Assembly: GCA_964572225.1 (NCBI GenBank)
Contig: CAZNFR010000002.1
Location: 2,924 to 66,923, forward strand
Length of the DNA: 64,000 bases
Direction: 5' to 3'
Origin: an uncultured Bacteroidaceae bacterium
Lineage (GTDB): Bacteria > Bacteroidota > Bacteroidia > Bacteroidales > GCA-2748055
Each line of letters opens with the position of its first letter. The stretch's first letter is position 1. The position numbers and the translations under genes were made by a program. Shown here piece after piece: positions 18,310 through 27,615 of the stretch. The notes under the pieces were generated by a model. The model saw only the letters and a list, made by a program, of their open reading frames with translations, had not been told where the DNA came from and searched no databases.

Positions 18310-18389
18310 TATTTCCTCCTTAATTTCAGCATGGTATTTGCAACGATTTTCGGGATAATTCAAAAATTATAAATTTGCAGATTAAACTG

Positions 18390-19172
18390 ATGATCATGCT
18401 GACATTAGAAAAGTTGACACTATACATTATCCTGTTGCTGGTGAATCCCTTGAATCATCTTTCCGCTCAGGAGGCCACGAATACGGAACGATCATGGCAA
18501 CGCCCCAGATTTGAGGAAAGGAAGACGGAACGGAAGGAAATGGTTATTGATCATATAGCCAGCCATTCGAATTTCCCCGTAAGAAACGAGGAAGTTCTGG
18601 AAGCCATGATGAACGTTCCCAGGCATAAATTTGTGCCAGATGAAATGAAAGACCTTGCTTACCACAATTCCCCCTTACCCATCGGGTATATGCAAACCAT
18701 TTCACAGCCCTTCATGGTTGCCCATATGACCGAATTATTAAAGATAAATGAAGGAGATAAGATTCTTGAAATAGGTACCGGAAGTGGTTACCAGGCCGCA
18801 GTTTTATCGGAGCTTACTCCAAATATCTACACCATTGAAATTGTGGAGGAACTGGGAATGCACGCAAAGAAAACATTATCGGAGCTAGGCTATAACACAA
18901 TAAAGGTGAAGATCGGAGACGGTTATGAAGGTTGGCCATCAGAGGCTCCATTTGACAGGATCATTGTGACTTGTGCGCCGGAAAACATTCCCCAGCCTCT
19001 GATCGATCAATTAAGACCCGGAGGATATATCGTAATCCCTGTAGGTGAGGCATTTAGCACTCAACAATTGATTGTAGTTAGTAAGGATGAAAAAGGAAGA
19101 CTTCAAAAGCAGGTTCAATATCCGGTTCGATTTGTACCTATGACCGGAAAGGTACTGGAAAAAGAGCAGTAG
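18390..19172 (+). CDS. pcm: protein-L-isoaspartate O-methyltransferase with an N-terminal signal-peptide-like extension
   Basis: TISQPFMVAHMTELL and LEIGTGSGYQAAVLS (SAM motif I). The start was moved to the first ATG (track start 18375 is TTG and lies inside a TAAATTTG -7 box at about 18370-18377). Confidence 0.9.
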   Translation: MIMLTLEKLTLYIILLLVNPLNHLSAQEATNTERSWQRPRFEERKTERKEMVIDHIASHSNFPVRNEEVLEAMMNVPRHKFVPDEMKDLAYHNSPLPIGYMQTISQPFMVAHMTELLKINEGDKILEIGTGSGYQAAVLSELTPNIYTIEIVEELGMHAKKTLSELGYNTIKVKIGDGYEGWPSEAPFDRIIVTCAPENIPQPLIDQLRPGGYIVIPVGEAFSTQQLIVVSKDEKGRLQKQVQYPVRFVPMTGKVLEKEQ

Positions 19173-19184
19173 GTGCATTTATAT

Positions 19185-20246
19185 TCAAAAAGGGGAACGG
19201 CTGATTCTTCGTAAAATCCTCTTTACAAATCCTGGACCCTCATATATAAAGCCGGTATATACCTGAATTAACGTAGCTCCCTTATTGAGCTTTTCAAGAG
19301 CATCGTAGGAACTCATAATACCTCCCACCCCGATAACAGGAAGGTGTCCCCCCGTTTTCTCATGAATATACCTGATGACCTCTGTTGATCGGCTGGCTAT
19401 CGGCTTTCCGGATAATCCGCCCTTCCCTATTCTTTTTATTTTCGATTCAGGGCTTTTAAGATTATTCCTGGTAACAGTGGTGTTGGTTGCCACGATACCA
19501 TCAATCCCAGTCTGATCAACGATCTTTAAGGTTTCATCAATTTGCATATTATTGAGATCGGGTGAAATCTTCAGTAAGATAGGTTTATAGATTGATTTTG
19601 AGGATCTTAATCCAGATAAGCTAGAGAGAATACCTTCCAGCATTTCCTGATCCTGTAATTCTTTCATATCACTGACATTGGGACAGCTAACATTCACAAC
19701 AAAATAATCAACATACTCATATAGTTTTTCAAAGCAATACACATAATCGTCCACTGCCTTACTATTTGGAGTATCCGTATTTTTCCCAATATTACCTCCT
19801 ATAATTAAATTTGCGGGCCTGTTTTTTAACCTCAGGGCAATAGCATCTGCACCATCATTATTGATGCCCATGCGGTTAATGAGTGCTTTATCCTTTCTTA
19901 ATCGAAAACTCCGGGGTCTGGGATTGCCCGGTTGGGGTCTTGGGGTTACGGTGCCAATCTCAATAAAACCGAAACCGAAGGCTTTAAACTGCTTAAAGAT
20001 CCGGGCATTCTTGTCAAATCCGGCAGCCAGACCCACCCGATTAGGAAAGGTAAGCCCAAATACCTTCACAGCATTATTATATTTGCTTTTACGGTAGAAA
20101 AAGGAAATAATAAGTAAGGCAAAAGGAAGGATTGAAACAATTTTAATGGCCGAAACAACCAGGTGGTGAACTTTTTCAGGAGGTAAAAGGAAAAGTAAGG
20201 GTCTCAGAAAGATCTTATACATAAATTTTTGTGCAAAGATACTCAA
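19185..20246 (-). CDS. pyrD: quinone-dependent dihydroorotate dehydrogenase (class 2)
   Basis: N-terminal membrane-association helix, then LAAGFDKN, GFGFIEIGTVTP, NVSCPN, GGLSG and IGVGGI motifs. Confidence 0.93.
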   Translation of the reverse strand: MSIFAQKFMYKIFLRPLLFLLPPEKVHHLVVSAIKIVSILPFALLIISFFYRKSKYNNAVKVFGLTFPNRVGLAAGFDKNARIFKQFKAFGFGFIEIGTVTPRPQPGNPRPRSFRLRKDKALINRMGINNDGADAIALRLKNRPANLIIGGNIGKNTDTPNSKAVDDYVYCFEKLYEYVDYFVVNVSCPNVSDMKELQDQEMLEGILSSLSGLRSSKSIYKPILLKISPDLNNMQIDETLKIVDQTGIDGIVATNTTVTRNNLKSPESKIKRIGKGGLSGKPIASRSTEVIRYIHEKTGGHLPVIGVGGIMSSYDALEKLNKGATLIQVYTGFIYEGPGFVKRILRRISRSPF

Positions 20247-20253
20247 GAATGAA

Positions 20254-20733
20254 TTAATCCGGTATATATCTGCGGAATTTTCCCGAACGATACAAAATCA
20301 TAACCATCTCAACAACTTCATCTGTGGAATCCGCATGTTTACTTTTGTAAACAGTCTCTATTTCCGGTTCCTGACCCGTTCTCATTGTTTTTTCTTTCTT
20401 CTCGGACTCCTTCGTAAGCAGGGGTTTTGAAGATACCTGTGTTTTAGGATCCCTGGATTCCAGAGAATCAAATAAGGATGGCATTGCAGGCTTTGCTGTG
20501 GGTTTTAATTCATCCTCGCCCTCTTCAATAAACATGCGACCTTTGCCCGTAATTAGCCAATTTGCATTGATTTCAGGGAAATTCTGGATTATTCTTACAA
20601 GAAAATCAAAACTGGGTTTATTCCTGCCGGCAAGTATATGGGAGATTCCCGACCGTTGTACACCTAATATATCAGCAAGTTGAGAGGAATTCAGCTTATA
20701 CTCTTCCAGTAACCGTTCCAGTCGTTTTTCCAT
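20254..20733 (-). CDS. XRE-family helix-turn-helix transcriptional regulator
   Basis: N-terminal HTH (NSSQLADILGVQRSGISHILAGRNKPSFDFL). Its stop lies 7 nt upstream of the pyrD start, so the two are probably co-transcribed. Confidence 0.8.
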   Translation of the reverse strand: MEKRLERLLEEYKLNSSQLADILGVQRSGISHILAGRNKPSFDFLVRIIQNFPEINANWLITGKGRMFIEEGEDELKPTAKPAMPSLFDSLESRDPKTQVSSKPLLTKESEKKEKTMRTGQEPEIETVYKSKHADSTDEVVEMVMILYRSGKFRRYIPD

Positions 20734-21533
20734 GATTACAATCGTAAAGTTTAATTGTTACAAAAGTACAAATTTAAGTTGTTACATTCATAACTTTAGT
20801 GTAGATATTTGTAAACACTAATATTTAACCTATTCAAGGAGGCTTATCCTGCGTAGATCCCATAATCTTCATACAATGTTAATAATCTGATATTTACAAT
20901 GATTTGGAAGATTTGATGTTGCTTTATTATATACTATATATGAATTACTTAATACTATGGTATATAGTAATATATGTGTGAATATATCGAAATTTTTTGT
21001 ATGTGTCCCTAAAATTTGACTTTATAATAAAGTTAAATTTGAAATAAACACATTTATACATTGATTTATAATATTTTATAATATGTATTTTATAATTACT
21101 TTTCTCAGGTTTAGATTGCTTTAAATTTGTTTACTCTTGGTTCAATTGTGAACGAATTTTGAATGGCTTAGTAATACATATGTAACTTTTTCATTGTTTA
21201 CATTCGTAAATCATTCGATTATATCGTTAATACCCCTTGCTGGCGATTTTTTTTTAAAAGAGATACTAATTGGATATTTGAAAAGCTGAATTTTTGCCAA
21301 TTTTTTTTCAAAATCGGCTTCCGTTTCCAGGAAAAGGAGATGGTAAATACTATTAAAAATCTTCTTATTTGCCTATTTATTATGTAGTTACGTGCATTTT
21401 TTACCATTTTAAACGGTCCAGGAACGAGATATTTTCATTTTTCCGACCCTTTATCCGAAAATATTTTCTTCACGGGCATATAATTTTTAGTTTCTTTGTC
21501 TTTGCGGAACAATACTACCGATTTAAATTTGGC
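20734..21533. other. about 800-bp AT-rich non-coding spacer
   Basis: No credible ORF, only a 62-aa low-complexity ORF and an artefactual 5' extension of the next gene. Contains many A/T tracts, three plus-strand TAAATTTG boxes (about 21034, 21122, 21524), and TTTATAATAT-like units with 10-12 bp phasing around 21063-21100. Confidence 0.7.
21501..21531 (+). promoter_or_regulatory. canonical Bacteroidota promoter (TTTG-N19-TAAATTTG) immediately upstream of the DAACS symporter ATG
   Basis: TTTG at 21501-21504, a 19-nt spacer, TAAATTTG at 21524-21531. ATG ATG follows at 21534-21539. Confidence 0.45.
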
Positions 21534-22949
21534 ATGATGAAGAAACCTGCATTACATTGGCAGATTTTAGCTGCATTAATTCTTGCAGTTTTATTTGGTA
21601 TCTTTTTCCCTACCTCCTATCGGATTACCGATAAGAGTCTGGAGGCATTGGATCGTAAAAATCTTCCTGAAGATTTAATCCCACGGATATCAGATTACCA
21701 GGGTACGACTTATGCGAGTCAATCTGAATTCCAAAGTTTAATGGAAGGTATTTTATCTGCTGAAGAATTTGCAGGTTATTATTTGCGGATTGAAGAAGCC
21801 AGTTATCACAATCCGGTAGTTTCCAGTCTGAGCTGGTTAGGTGATATATTTCTAAGGGCATTGAAGATGTTGATTATCCCGTTAATTATAAGTTCGCTTG
21901 TATCGGGGATAACTAATATAGGAACGGGCAAAAATCTGGGAAGGCTTGGAGTTAAAACCATTACGTATTATGTAGGTACCTCTACTCTCGCCATTGTGAC
22001 CGGTCTATTTCTGGTGAATCTAATTCAGCCCGGGAAAGGAGCGGATCTTAACTTTGTTAAGAAAGTGGAGGGCCTCGTTGAGAGTCAGAGAAGTTTTCTG
22101 GATCTTATTGTAGAAATTGTGCCGGAAAATATTGTCAGAGCCATGGCCACCAGCGATATGCTGCCGGTCATTTTCTTTAGCATACTATTTGGTTTTTTTA
22201 TAACCCGGGTAGGCAGCAAGCACCGGGATTTTATGAACGACCTGTTCAACAGTATGTTCGAGGTAATGATGAAGATTACCTTGTTTGTCATTCGATTTAC
22301 CCCTATTGGAATATTTGGTATTGTGATAAAGGTGGTTGCGGATCAGGATGATTTGGCAAGCCTTGTTTCCAGGATGGGTTTATATATGGGTACTGTATTG
22401 CTGGCCCTTGCCATTCATGCCTTCATAAGTCTTCCATTAATTGTAAAGATTGCTGGCAAGGTTCGTCCTTACAAGCATTTCCGTAACATGACCACACCCT
22501 TGTTGACGGCATTTTCAACCTCTTCTTCCGGAGCGACCCTTCCCCTGACCATGACGGCGGTGGAAGAAAACAGCGGTGTATCCAATAAAATTACCAGTTT
22601 CACTCTTCCCCTGGGGGCCACCATTAATATGGATGGGACTGCATTATATGAATGCATAGCAGCGTTATTTATTGCCCAGGCGTACGGAGTGGATCTTAGT
22701 ATTCTTGAGCAGGTGATAGTGGTAGCCACGGCCCTTCTTGCCTCCATTGGTGCTGCCGGGATACCTATGGCCGGATTGGTAATGATAACGGTAATTCTTA
22801 CGGCAGTTAACCTTCCATTGGAAGGGGTTGGCCTGATCCTGGCGGTTGACCGGATTCTTGATATGTTCAGGACTGCCACCAATGTTTGGAGTGACAGCTG
22901 TGGTGCCGTTGTCATTGCAAGGTCAGAAGGAGAAGAATTGAAGGTATAA
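21534..22949 (+). CDS. dicarboxylate/amino acid:cation symporter (DAACS/GltP family)
   Basis: The DAACS core is conserved (IPLIISSLVSGI, SSSGATLPLT, GATINMDGTALYE, AGIPMAGLV, DRILDMFRTATNVWSD). The start was trimmed to MMKKPALHWQIL because the track's 55-aa extension lies in the AT-rich spacer. Confidence 0.9.
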   Translation: MMKKPALHWQILAALILAVLFGIFFPTSYRITDKSLEALDRKNLPEDLIPRISDYQGTTYASQSEFQSLMEGILSAEEFAGYYLRIEEASYHNPVVSSLSWLGDIFLRALKMLIIPLIISSLVSGITNIGTGKNLGRLGVKTITYYVGTSTLAIVTGLFLVNLIQPGKGADLNFVKKVEGLVESQRSFLDLIVEIVPENIVRAMATSDMLPVIFFSILFGFFITRVGSKHRDFMNDLFNSMFEVMMKITLFVIRFTPIGIFGIVIKVVADQDDLASLVSRMGLYMGTVLLALAIHAFISLPLIVKIAGKVRPYKHFRNMTTPLLTAFSTSSSGATLPLTMTAVEENSGVSNKITSFTLPLGATINMDGTALYECIAALFIAQAYGVDLSILEQVIVVATALLASIGAAGIPMAGLVMITVILTAVNLPLEGVGLILAVDRILDMFRTATNVWSDSCGAVVIARSEGEELKV

Positions 22950-25889
22950 TTAAGCTTCCAGGGCTTCGAACATTATTTCTACAGGGTGCAGGGCCTGGCG
23001 ATTTGTGCCATCCTTTATCTGATGCCTGCAGCTCGTACCCGGAGCTGAAATTATCACTTCATTCCCTGTCTTACGGATCTCTGGAAAAAGAACGAGTTCC
23101 CCCACCTTCATGGAAAGTTCATAATGTTCTTTTTCATATCCGAAGGAGCCGGCCATTCCGCAGCAACCAGAGGGTATTTCTTCTACCTGGTAATTTTCCG
23201 GGAAACCAAGCATCTGAGTGGTGCTGGATGTTGAAGCAACGGCTTTTTGCTGACAATGTCCATGTACTTTTATATTCAAAGGCCTTTTGGTAAACTGTTT
23301 TTTTAGGATTCTTCCTTTTTCAACCTCCCGCATAAAAAATTCTTCGAATAGAAGTGCATTCTGACTTATCCTTTTTGCTTCCTCTCTGAGGTGTTGATCA
23401 ACCAATTCCGGGTATTCGTCACGGAAACCAAGAATTGCAGAGGGTTCCAGTCCTATAATCGGATGCTCTTCATCGATCCTACCTTTCAGCACCTCAATAT
23501 TGCGGTTAGCTTTTCTTCTTGCCGTTCTCAACAAACCTTTGGAAATATAGGTGCGGCCGCTTTCTCCGGTCTCCGCTATCAGAATACGGTATCCCAGGGC
23601 CGAAAGAAGGGAGACTGCCTTAATTCCGATGGCAGTATCGTTGTATTGGGTAAACTCATCCACAAATAAAAAAACCTGAGGACCATTGTCCGGCAGAAGG
23701 GAATTAATACGGGAAAGATTATGCGAAAGCCATTTAGAAAGACTTATTTTATGTAGAGCGGGGATGCTTCTGTCTGATGCAAAACCTAATATTTTTTTAA
23801 TCGGTCTTGAGAGTTTGGAATGGGTTGCAAAAAAATTAAAAAATGCGGGCCAGTAGCTGCCTATTCGGTTAATTGAAGTAATGTAGGCTATCATTCTTGC
23901 TCTCAGTGAAATACCATTTTCATCATAGTAATGCTGGAGAAATTCTGCCTTGTACTTTGCCATATCCACATTACTGGGGCATTCGGATTTACAGCCCTTA
24001 CATGAAAGGCATAAATCAAGAATATCATAAATCTCTTTATGATTGAAAGGATTCTTTTGTGTGGAATGGGTAAGAAATTCTCTCAGCAGATTTGCCCGGG
24101 CGCGGGTGGTGGTATTCTCATCGCGACTGGCCTGGAAACTGGGACACATGGTTCCTCCTATTATGGATGATTTCCTACAGTCGCCTGATCCATTGCATTT
24201 TTCTACTGCCCTTAAAATTCCACCCTCACGGGAGAAGTCAAATAGGGTTTCGATATGCGGTTCTTTCCTGCCGGCTTCATATCTGAGTGATGTATCCATG
24301 GGAGCGGTATCCACAATCTTAGCAGGATTAAATATATTTTGCGGGTCCCAAACCAGTTTAAGTTTGCGGAACCATTCATAAATTTCATCTCCTACCATCA
24401 AAGGAATGAATTCCCCCCGGAGTCGTCCGTCTCCATGTTCCCCGCTCAGGGATCCTTTATATTTCTTGACAAGGATTGCGGTATCTTCTGCTATTTTCCT
24501 GAACAATTCCACATCCTCTTTATCTTTTAGGTTAAGGACTGGTCGCAGATGAAGTTCACCCACAGAAATATGGGCATAGTAAACGCATTCCCTGTTGTAT
24601 TTTTTCAGAATTAAGTTGAATTCATCAATATAGTTTTCAAGGTCGTCCGTATTTACTGCCGTATCTTCGATAACCGGAGCCGGTTTGGCATCTCCCGGCA
24701 TATTGGATAGGATTCCGAGTCCGGCTTTTCTCAGGGTCCAGGCTTTCTTAATGTCGTTTCCGGTTAGAAGCGGGAAATGATAGCCAAGATTTTGAAGCTT
24801 TAGCGATTCAATGATTGCATCAGATTTCTGCGTTAATTCCTGCTGTGTTCCGGCCATAATCTCAATCATGAGTATTGCACCCGGATTTCCCTTAACAAAA
24901 AAGCGATTCCTTTGTTGCTCAATATTTTCTCTGGTAAGTTCCAGAACCTTGTCATCCATGAGTTCAATCGCTGCGGGCTTGTTTTTCAATGCGATTACAT
25001 TCCCTTTGATTGACTCCTTTACTGTTTTAAAATGAGCACACAGCAACCCTTTCACCGGAGGGGGTAAGGGTTCCAGGTTCAGGCGTGCTTCATAAATCAG
25101 AGCCAGGGTTCCTTCGGATCCTGCCAGTAACTTGCACATATTGAAAGTTTGAGAACTTTCCGCATGGAAAACTTCAGAATCCATAAGGATATCCAGAGCA
25201 TATCCGGTATTTCTTCTAACCACGGAGGGATGTGGAAATTCATCCCGGATTTTTTGCCGGTTCTGGGAGGATGAAAGCAGATCGTTGACATGTCGGTAGA
25301 TCTCCCCTTCAAGGCTCTTCAGCCTGCATTTTTCAGTAAAGGTTTCTTTTGAAACAGGACCGAACTCTGCGATGGAACCATCGCTAAGAATACATTTAAG
25401 GGAAATGACGTGTTCCCGTGTGGTTCCATAAACAAGGGAATGAAGTCCGCTGCTATTATTGCCGACCATTCCACCAATCACGCATCGGTTTGAGGTGGAG
25501 GTTTCGGGCGCAAAAAACAGTGAATAAGGTTTAAGGGCCAGGTTTAATTCGTCGAGGACGACACCGGGTTCAACTCTAACCCAATGTTCTTTTTCATTGA
25601 TTTCCAATATCTTATTTAAGTATCTGGATAAATCCACCACAATTCCTCTACCGACAACCTGTCCGGCAAGAGAGGTCCCTGCCCCGCGGAAGATCAGTTT
25701 AAGGTTGTTTTTCCCTGCGAAAACCACAATTTTTTTAAGATCTTCAATATTTGCGGGCCATATAACAGCATCAGGAATTTCACGGTATGCAGATGCATCG
25801 GTTGCATATATCATCCGTTTTGGTTCATCCGTAAAAATTTCACCATGAATGGTCAATTCCTTGTCAAATAAATGAAACAATTTCTGCAT
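22950..25889 (-). CDS. FAD-binding plus (Fe-S)-binding fusion oxidoreductase (YdiJ-like; GlcD-type flavoprotein fused to a GlcF/HdrD-type CCG domain)
   Basis: 979 aa. FAD_binding_4 (RGAGTSLAGQ), two 4Fe-4S cysteine clusters (CNGSGDCRKS...MCPS; CLSCKGCKSECPS), and a C-terminal CCG motif (CCGMAGSFG). Confidence 0.85.
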   Translation of the reverse strand: MQKLFHLFDKELTIHGEIFTDEPKRMIYATDASAYREIPDAVIWPANIEDLKKIVVFAGKNNLKLIFRGAGTSLAGQVVGRGIVVDLSRYLNKILEINEKEHWVRVEPGVVLDELNLALKPYSLFFAPETSTSNRCVIGGMVGNNSSGLHSLVYGTTREHVISLKCILSDGSIAEFGPVSKETFTEKCRLKSLEGEIYRHVNDLLSSSQNRQKIRDEFPHPSVVRRNTGYALDILMDSEVFHAESSQTFNMCKLLAGSEGTLALIYEARLNLEPLPPPVKGLLCAHFKTVKESIKGNVIALKNKPAAIELMDDKVLELTRENIEQQRNRFFVKGNPGAILMIEIMAGTQQELTQKSDAIIESLKLQNLGYHFPLLTGNDIKKAWTLRKAGLGILSNMPGDAKPAPVIEDTAVNTDDLENYIDEFNLILKKYNRECVYYAHISVGELHLRPVLNLKDKEDVELFRKIAEDTAILVKKYKGSLSGEHGDGRLRGEFIPLMVGDEIYEWFRKLKLVWDPQNIFNPAKIVDTAPMDTSLRYEAGRKEPHIETLFDFSREGGILRAVEKCNGSGDCRKSSIIGGTMCPSFQASRDENTTTRARANLLREFLTHSTQKNPFNHKEIYDILDLCLSCKGCKSECPSNVDMAKYKAEFLQHYYDENGISLRARMIAYITSINRIGSYWPAFFNFFATHSKLSRPIKKILGFASDRSIPALHKISLSKWLSHNLSRINSLLPDNGPQVFLFVDEFTQYNDTAIGIKAVSLLSALGYRILIAETGESGRTYISKGLLRTARRKANRNIEVLKGRIDEEHPIIGLEPSAILGFRDEYPELVDQHLREEAKRISQNALLFEEFFMREVEKGRILKKQFTKRPLNIKVHGHCQQKAVASTSSTTQMLGFPENYQVEEIPSGCCGMAGSFGYEKEHYELSMKVGELVLFPEIRKTGNEVIISAPGTSCRHQIKDGTNRQALHPVEIMFEALEA

Positions 25890-26005
25890 TTTTACGATAG
25901 AATTAGAGTTTCAAAGTTATAATTTTGAATGGATTGTTGAGGGTTATATTTTAAACCGGATTTTTTTTGGTGAAAATAACCTGGCAATGACCCAAAACTA
26001 TCTCG

Positions 26006-27613
26006 ATGCTCAACATTGACGATCTAAAATCCAAGATTGAAGAACTCAGCCGGGATCTGGAGCGAAAGCAAAAAGAGTACAATTCTCTCTTTGAAGAAAT
26101 GAACACCGGTTTTGCCTTCCACAAGATCATTTGCAATAAGCAAGGAGATCCTGGGGATTATGTATTTTTAAAAGTGAACCGAGAGTTTGAGCGTCAAACC
26201 AATTTAAAATCCGATGATATTCTTGGTCGCACTGCTCTGGAAGTCTTTCCCAATACGGATCAGAATATTATTTCCACCTATGGTGAGGTAGCCATTGGTG
26301 GTGAGCCTGTGCGCTTTGAATTGTATTTGAAGGACATAGATAAATATTTCGATGTTAATGCTTACTCTCCTTTCAAGAATTTTTTTGTAACCACTTTTTA
26401 CGACATAACCCGGAGGAAAAAGGCAGATATTCTCATTGCGGAGAGTGAATGGAAATACCGTACGGTATTTGAGAATATGAGTGAAGGGATGGTTTTCAAT
26501 GAGATTGTTAGAGACGCAGAATCAGAGATATCCGGTTACAGGATTTTGGATGTAAATAAGGCTTACGAGACCATTTCAGGGATTTCCAGGAGCGAGATAC
26601 TGGGAAAGGACGATTCCAGGCTTTATGGTCTGACAGTAGATGAGTTGAAAAACGGTCTCCATGACTCGGATATTGAAAAAAACTCGCTCAAATTCGAGTA
26701 TTCCGACAGTTTAAATGGGAAAAGCTATCAAATATCCCTAAACCGATTGGAAAGAGATAAATTTTCGACCATTTACACCGATGTGACGGAAATCCGATCG
26801 GCCATGCAAAAAGTGGAGAATACCAGCCGACAGCTCCAGCAGCAGAACGAAGCGTATGTAAAGTTAAATAAGGAACTGCAAAAGGCGAATGAGGATCTTA
26901 CCCAGGCAAAGAATAAAGCAGAACAGAGCGACCGCCTTAAATCCGCATTCCTCGCGAATATGTCTCATGAGATCCGAACTCCCATGAATGGAATTCTGGG
27001 GTATACCGAGATTTTGTTTACGGAGGAGGATGCTGAAAGAAGGAAAAACTACCTTCAAATCATCAGAAACAGCAGTCACCAGTTGCTTCGCATTGTCAAT
27101 GACATCATCGATATCTCCAAAATTGAATCCGGTTTGATCGACCTTCATTTATCGGATCTAAACATCCCTGAACTATTTCAGGAACTCAAGGATTTCTTCG
27201 ATCACGAAGCCCGAAAGAAAGGAATTGAGCTCAGGGTAAGTGATTACCTGGGAGACAACAAAGTAATCCGGACCGATGGATTAAAGGTAAATCAGATTTT
27301 GAATAACCTCCTGAATAATGCGATCAAATTTACGGACAAGGGTTTTGTGGAACTGACCTGTTCAAGGGAAAATGAGGAATACTTATTCAAAGTGAAAGAC
27401 TCGGGGATAGGAATTGATGTCCAGAACCAGGATCTTATTTTCGACAGATTCAGACAGGTCGATCTCGATGAAGAAATTTTGAGAGGAGGAAATGGGCTGG
27501 GACTCGCCATTTCCAAGGCTTTCGTTGAAAAAATGGGAGGGAGAATATGGGTATCCTCCAACCCTGGGATGGGAAGTGAGTTTTGCTTTACTCTTCCTCT
27601 AGAGGGTGCCTGA
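26006..27613 (+). CDS. soluble PAS-domain sensor histidine kinase (coiled coil, 2x PAS, HisKA, HATPase_c)
   Basis: H-box FLANMSHEIRTPMNGI, N-box LNNLLNNAIKFT, G-boxes DSGIGI and GGNGLGLAISK. No TM segment and no receiver domain. Confidence 0.9.
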   Translation: MLNIDDLKSKIEELSRDLERKQKEYNSLFEEMNTGFAFHKIICNKQGDPGDYVFLKVNREFERQTNLKSDDILGRTALEVFPNTDQNIISTYGEVAIGGEPVRFELYLKDIDKYFDVNAYSPFKNFFVTTFYDITRRKKADILIAESEWKYRTVFENMSEGMVFNEIVRDAESEISGYRILDVNKAYETISGISRSEILGKDDSRLYGLTVDELKNGLHDSDIEKNSLKFEYSDSLNGKSYQISLNRLERDKFSTIYTDVTEIRSAMQKVENTSRQLQQQNEAYVKLNKELQKANEDLTQAKNKAEQSDRLKSAFLANMSHEIRTPMNGILGYTEILFTEEDAERRKNYLQIIRNSSHQLLRIVNDIIDISKIESGLIDLHLSDLNIPELFQELKDFFDHEARKKGIELRVSDYLGDNKVIRTDGLKVNQILNNLLNNAIKFTDKGFVELTCSRENEEYLFKVKDSGIGIDVQNQDLIFDRFRQVDLDEEILRGGNGLGLAISKAFVEKMGGRIWVSSNPGMGSEFCFTLPLEGA

Positions 27614-27615
27614 TC

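Noticed and set aside
20810-21202. Inverted 8-mer TGTAAACA (about 20810) and TGTTTACA (about 21195) flanking about 385 bp with internal promoter boxes, considered as an invertible promoter (phase-variation switch).
   Set aside because: Only about 8 bp match, which is expected by chance in 800 bp of AT-rich DNA. TGTTTAC also occurs a third time (about 21126), and no site-specific recombinase gene is nearby. Read-orientation analysis (PhaseFinder-type) could reopen the question.
21369-21533. 55-codon 5' extension of the symporter ORF, and the 62-aa minus-strand ORF at 21219-21407.
   Set aside because: Both lie in the AT-rich spacer and have Phe/Ile/Lys/Arg-rich low-complexity translations. The extension also runs through a canonical promoter, and the conserved DAACS N-terminus starts at 21534.
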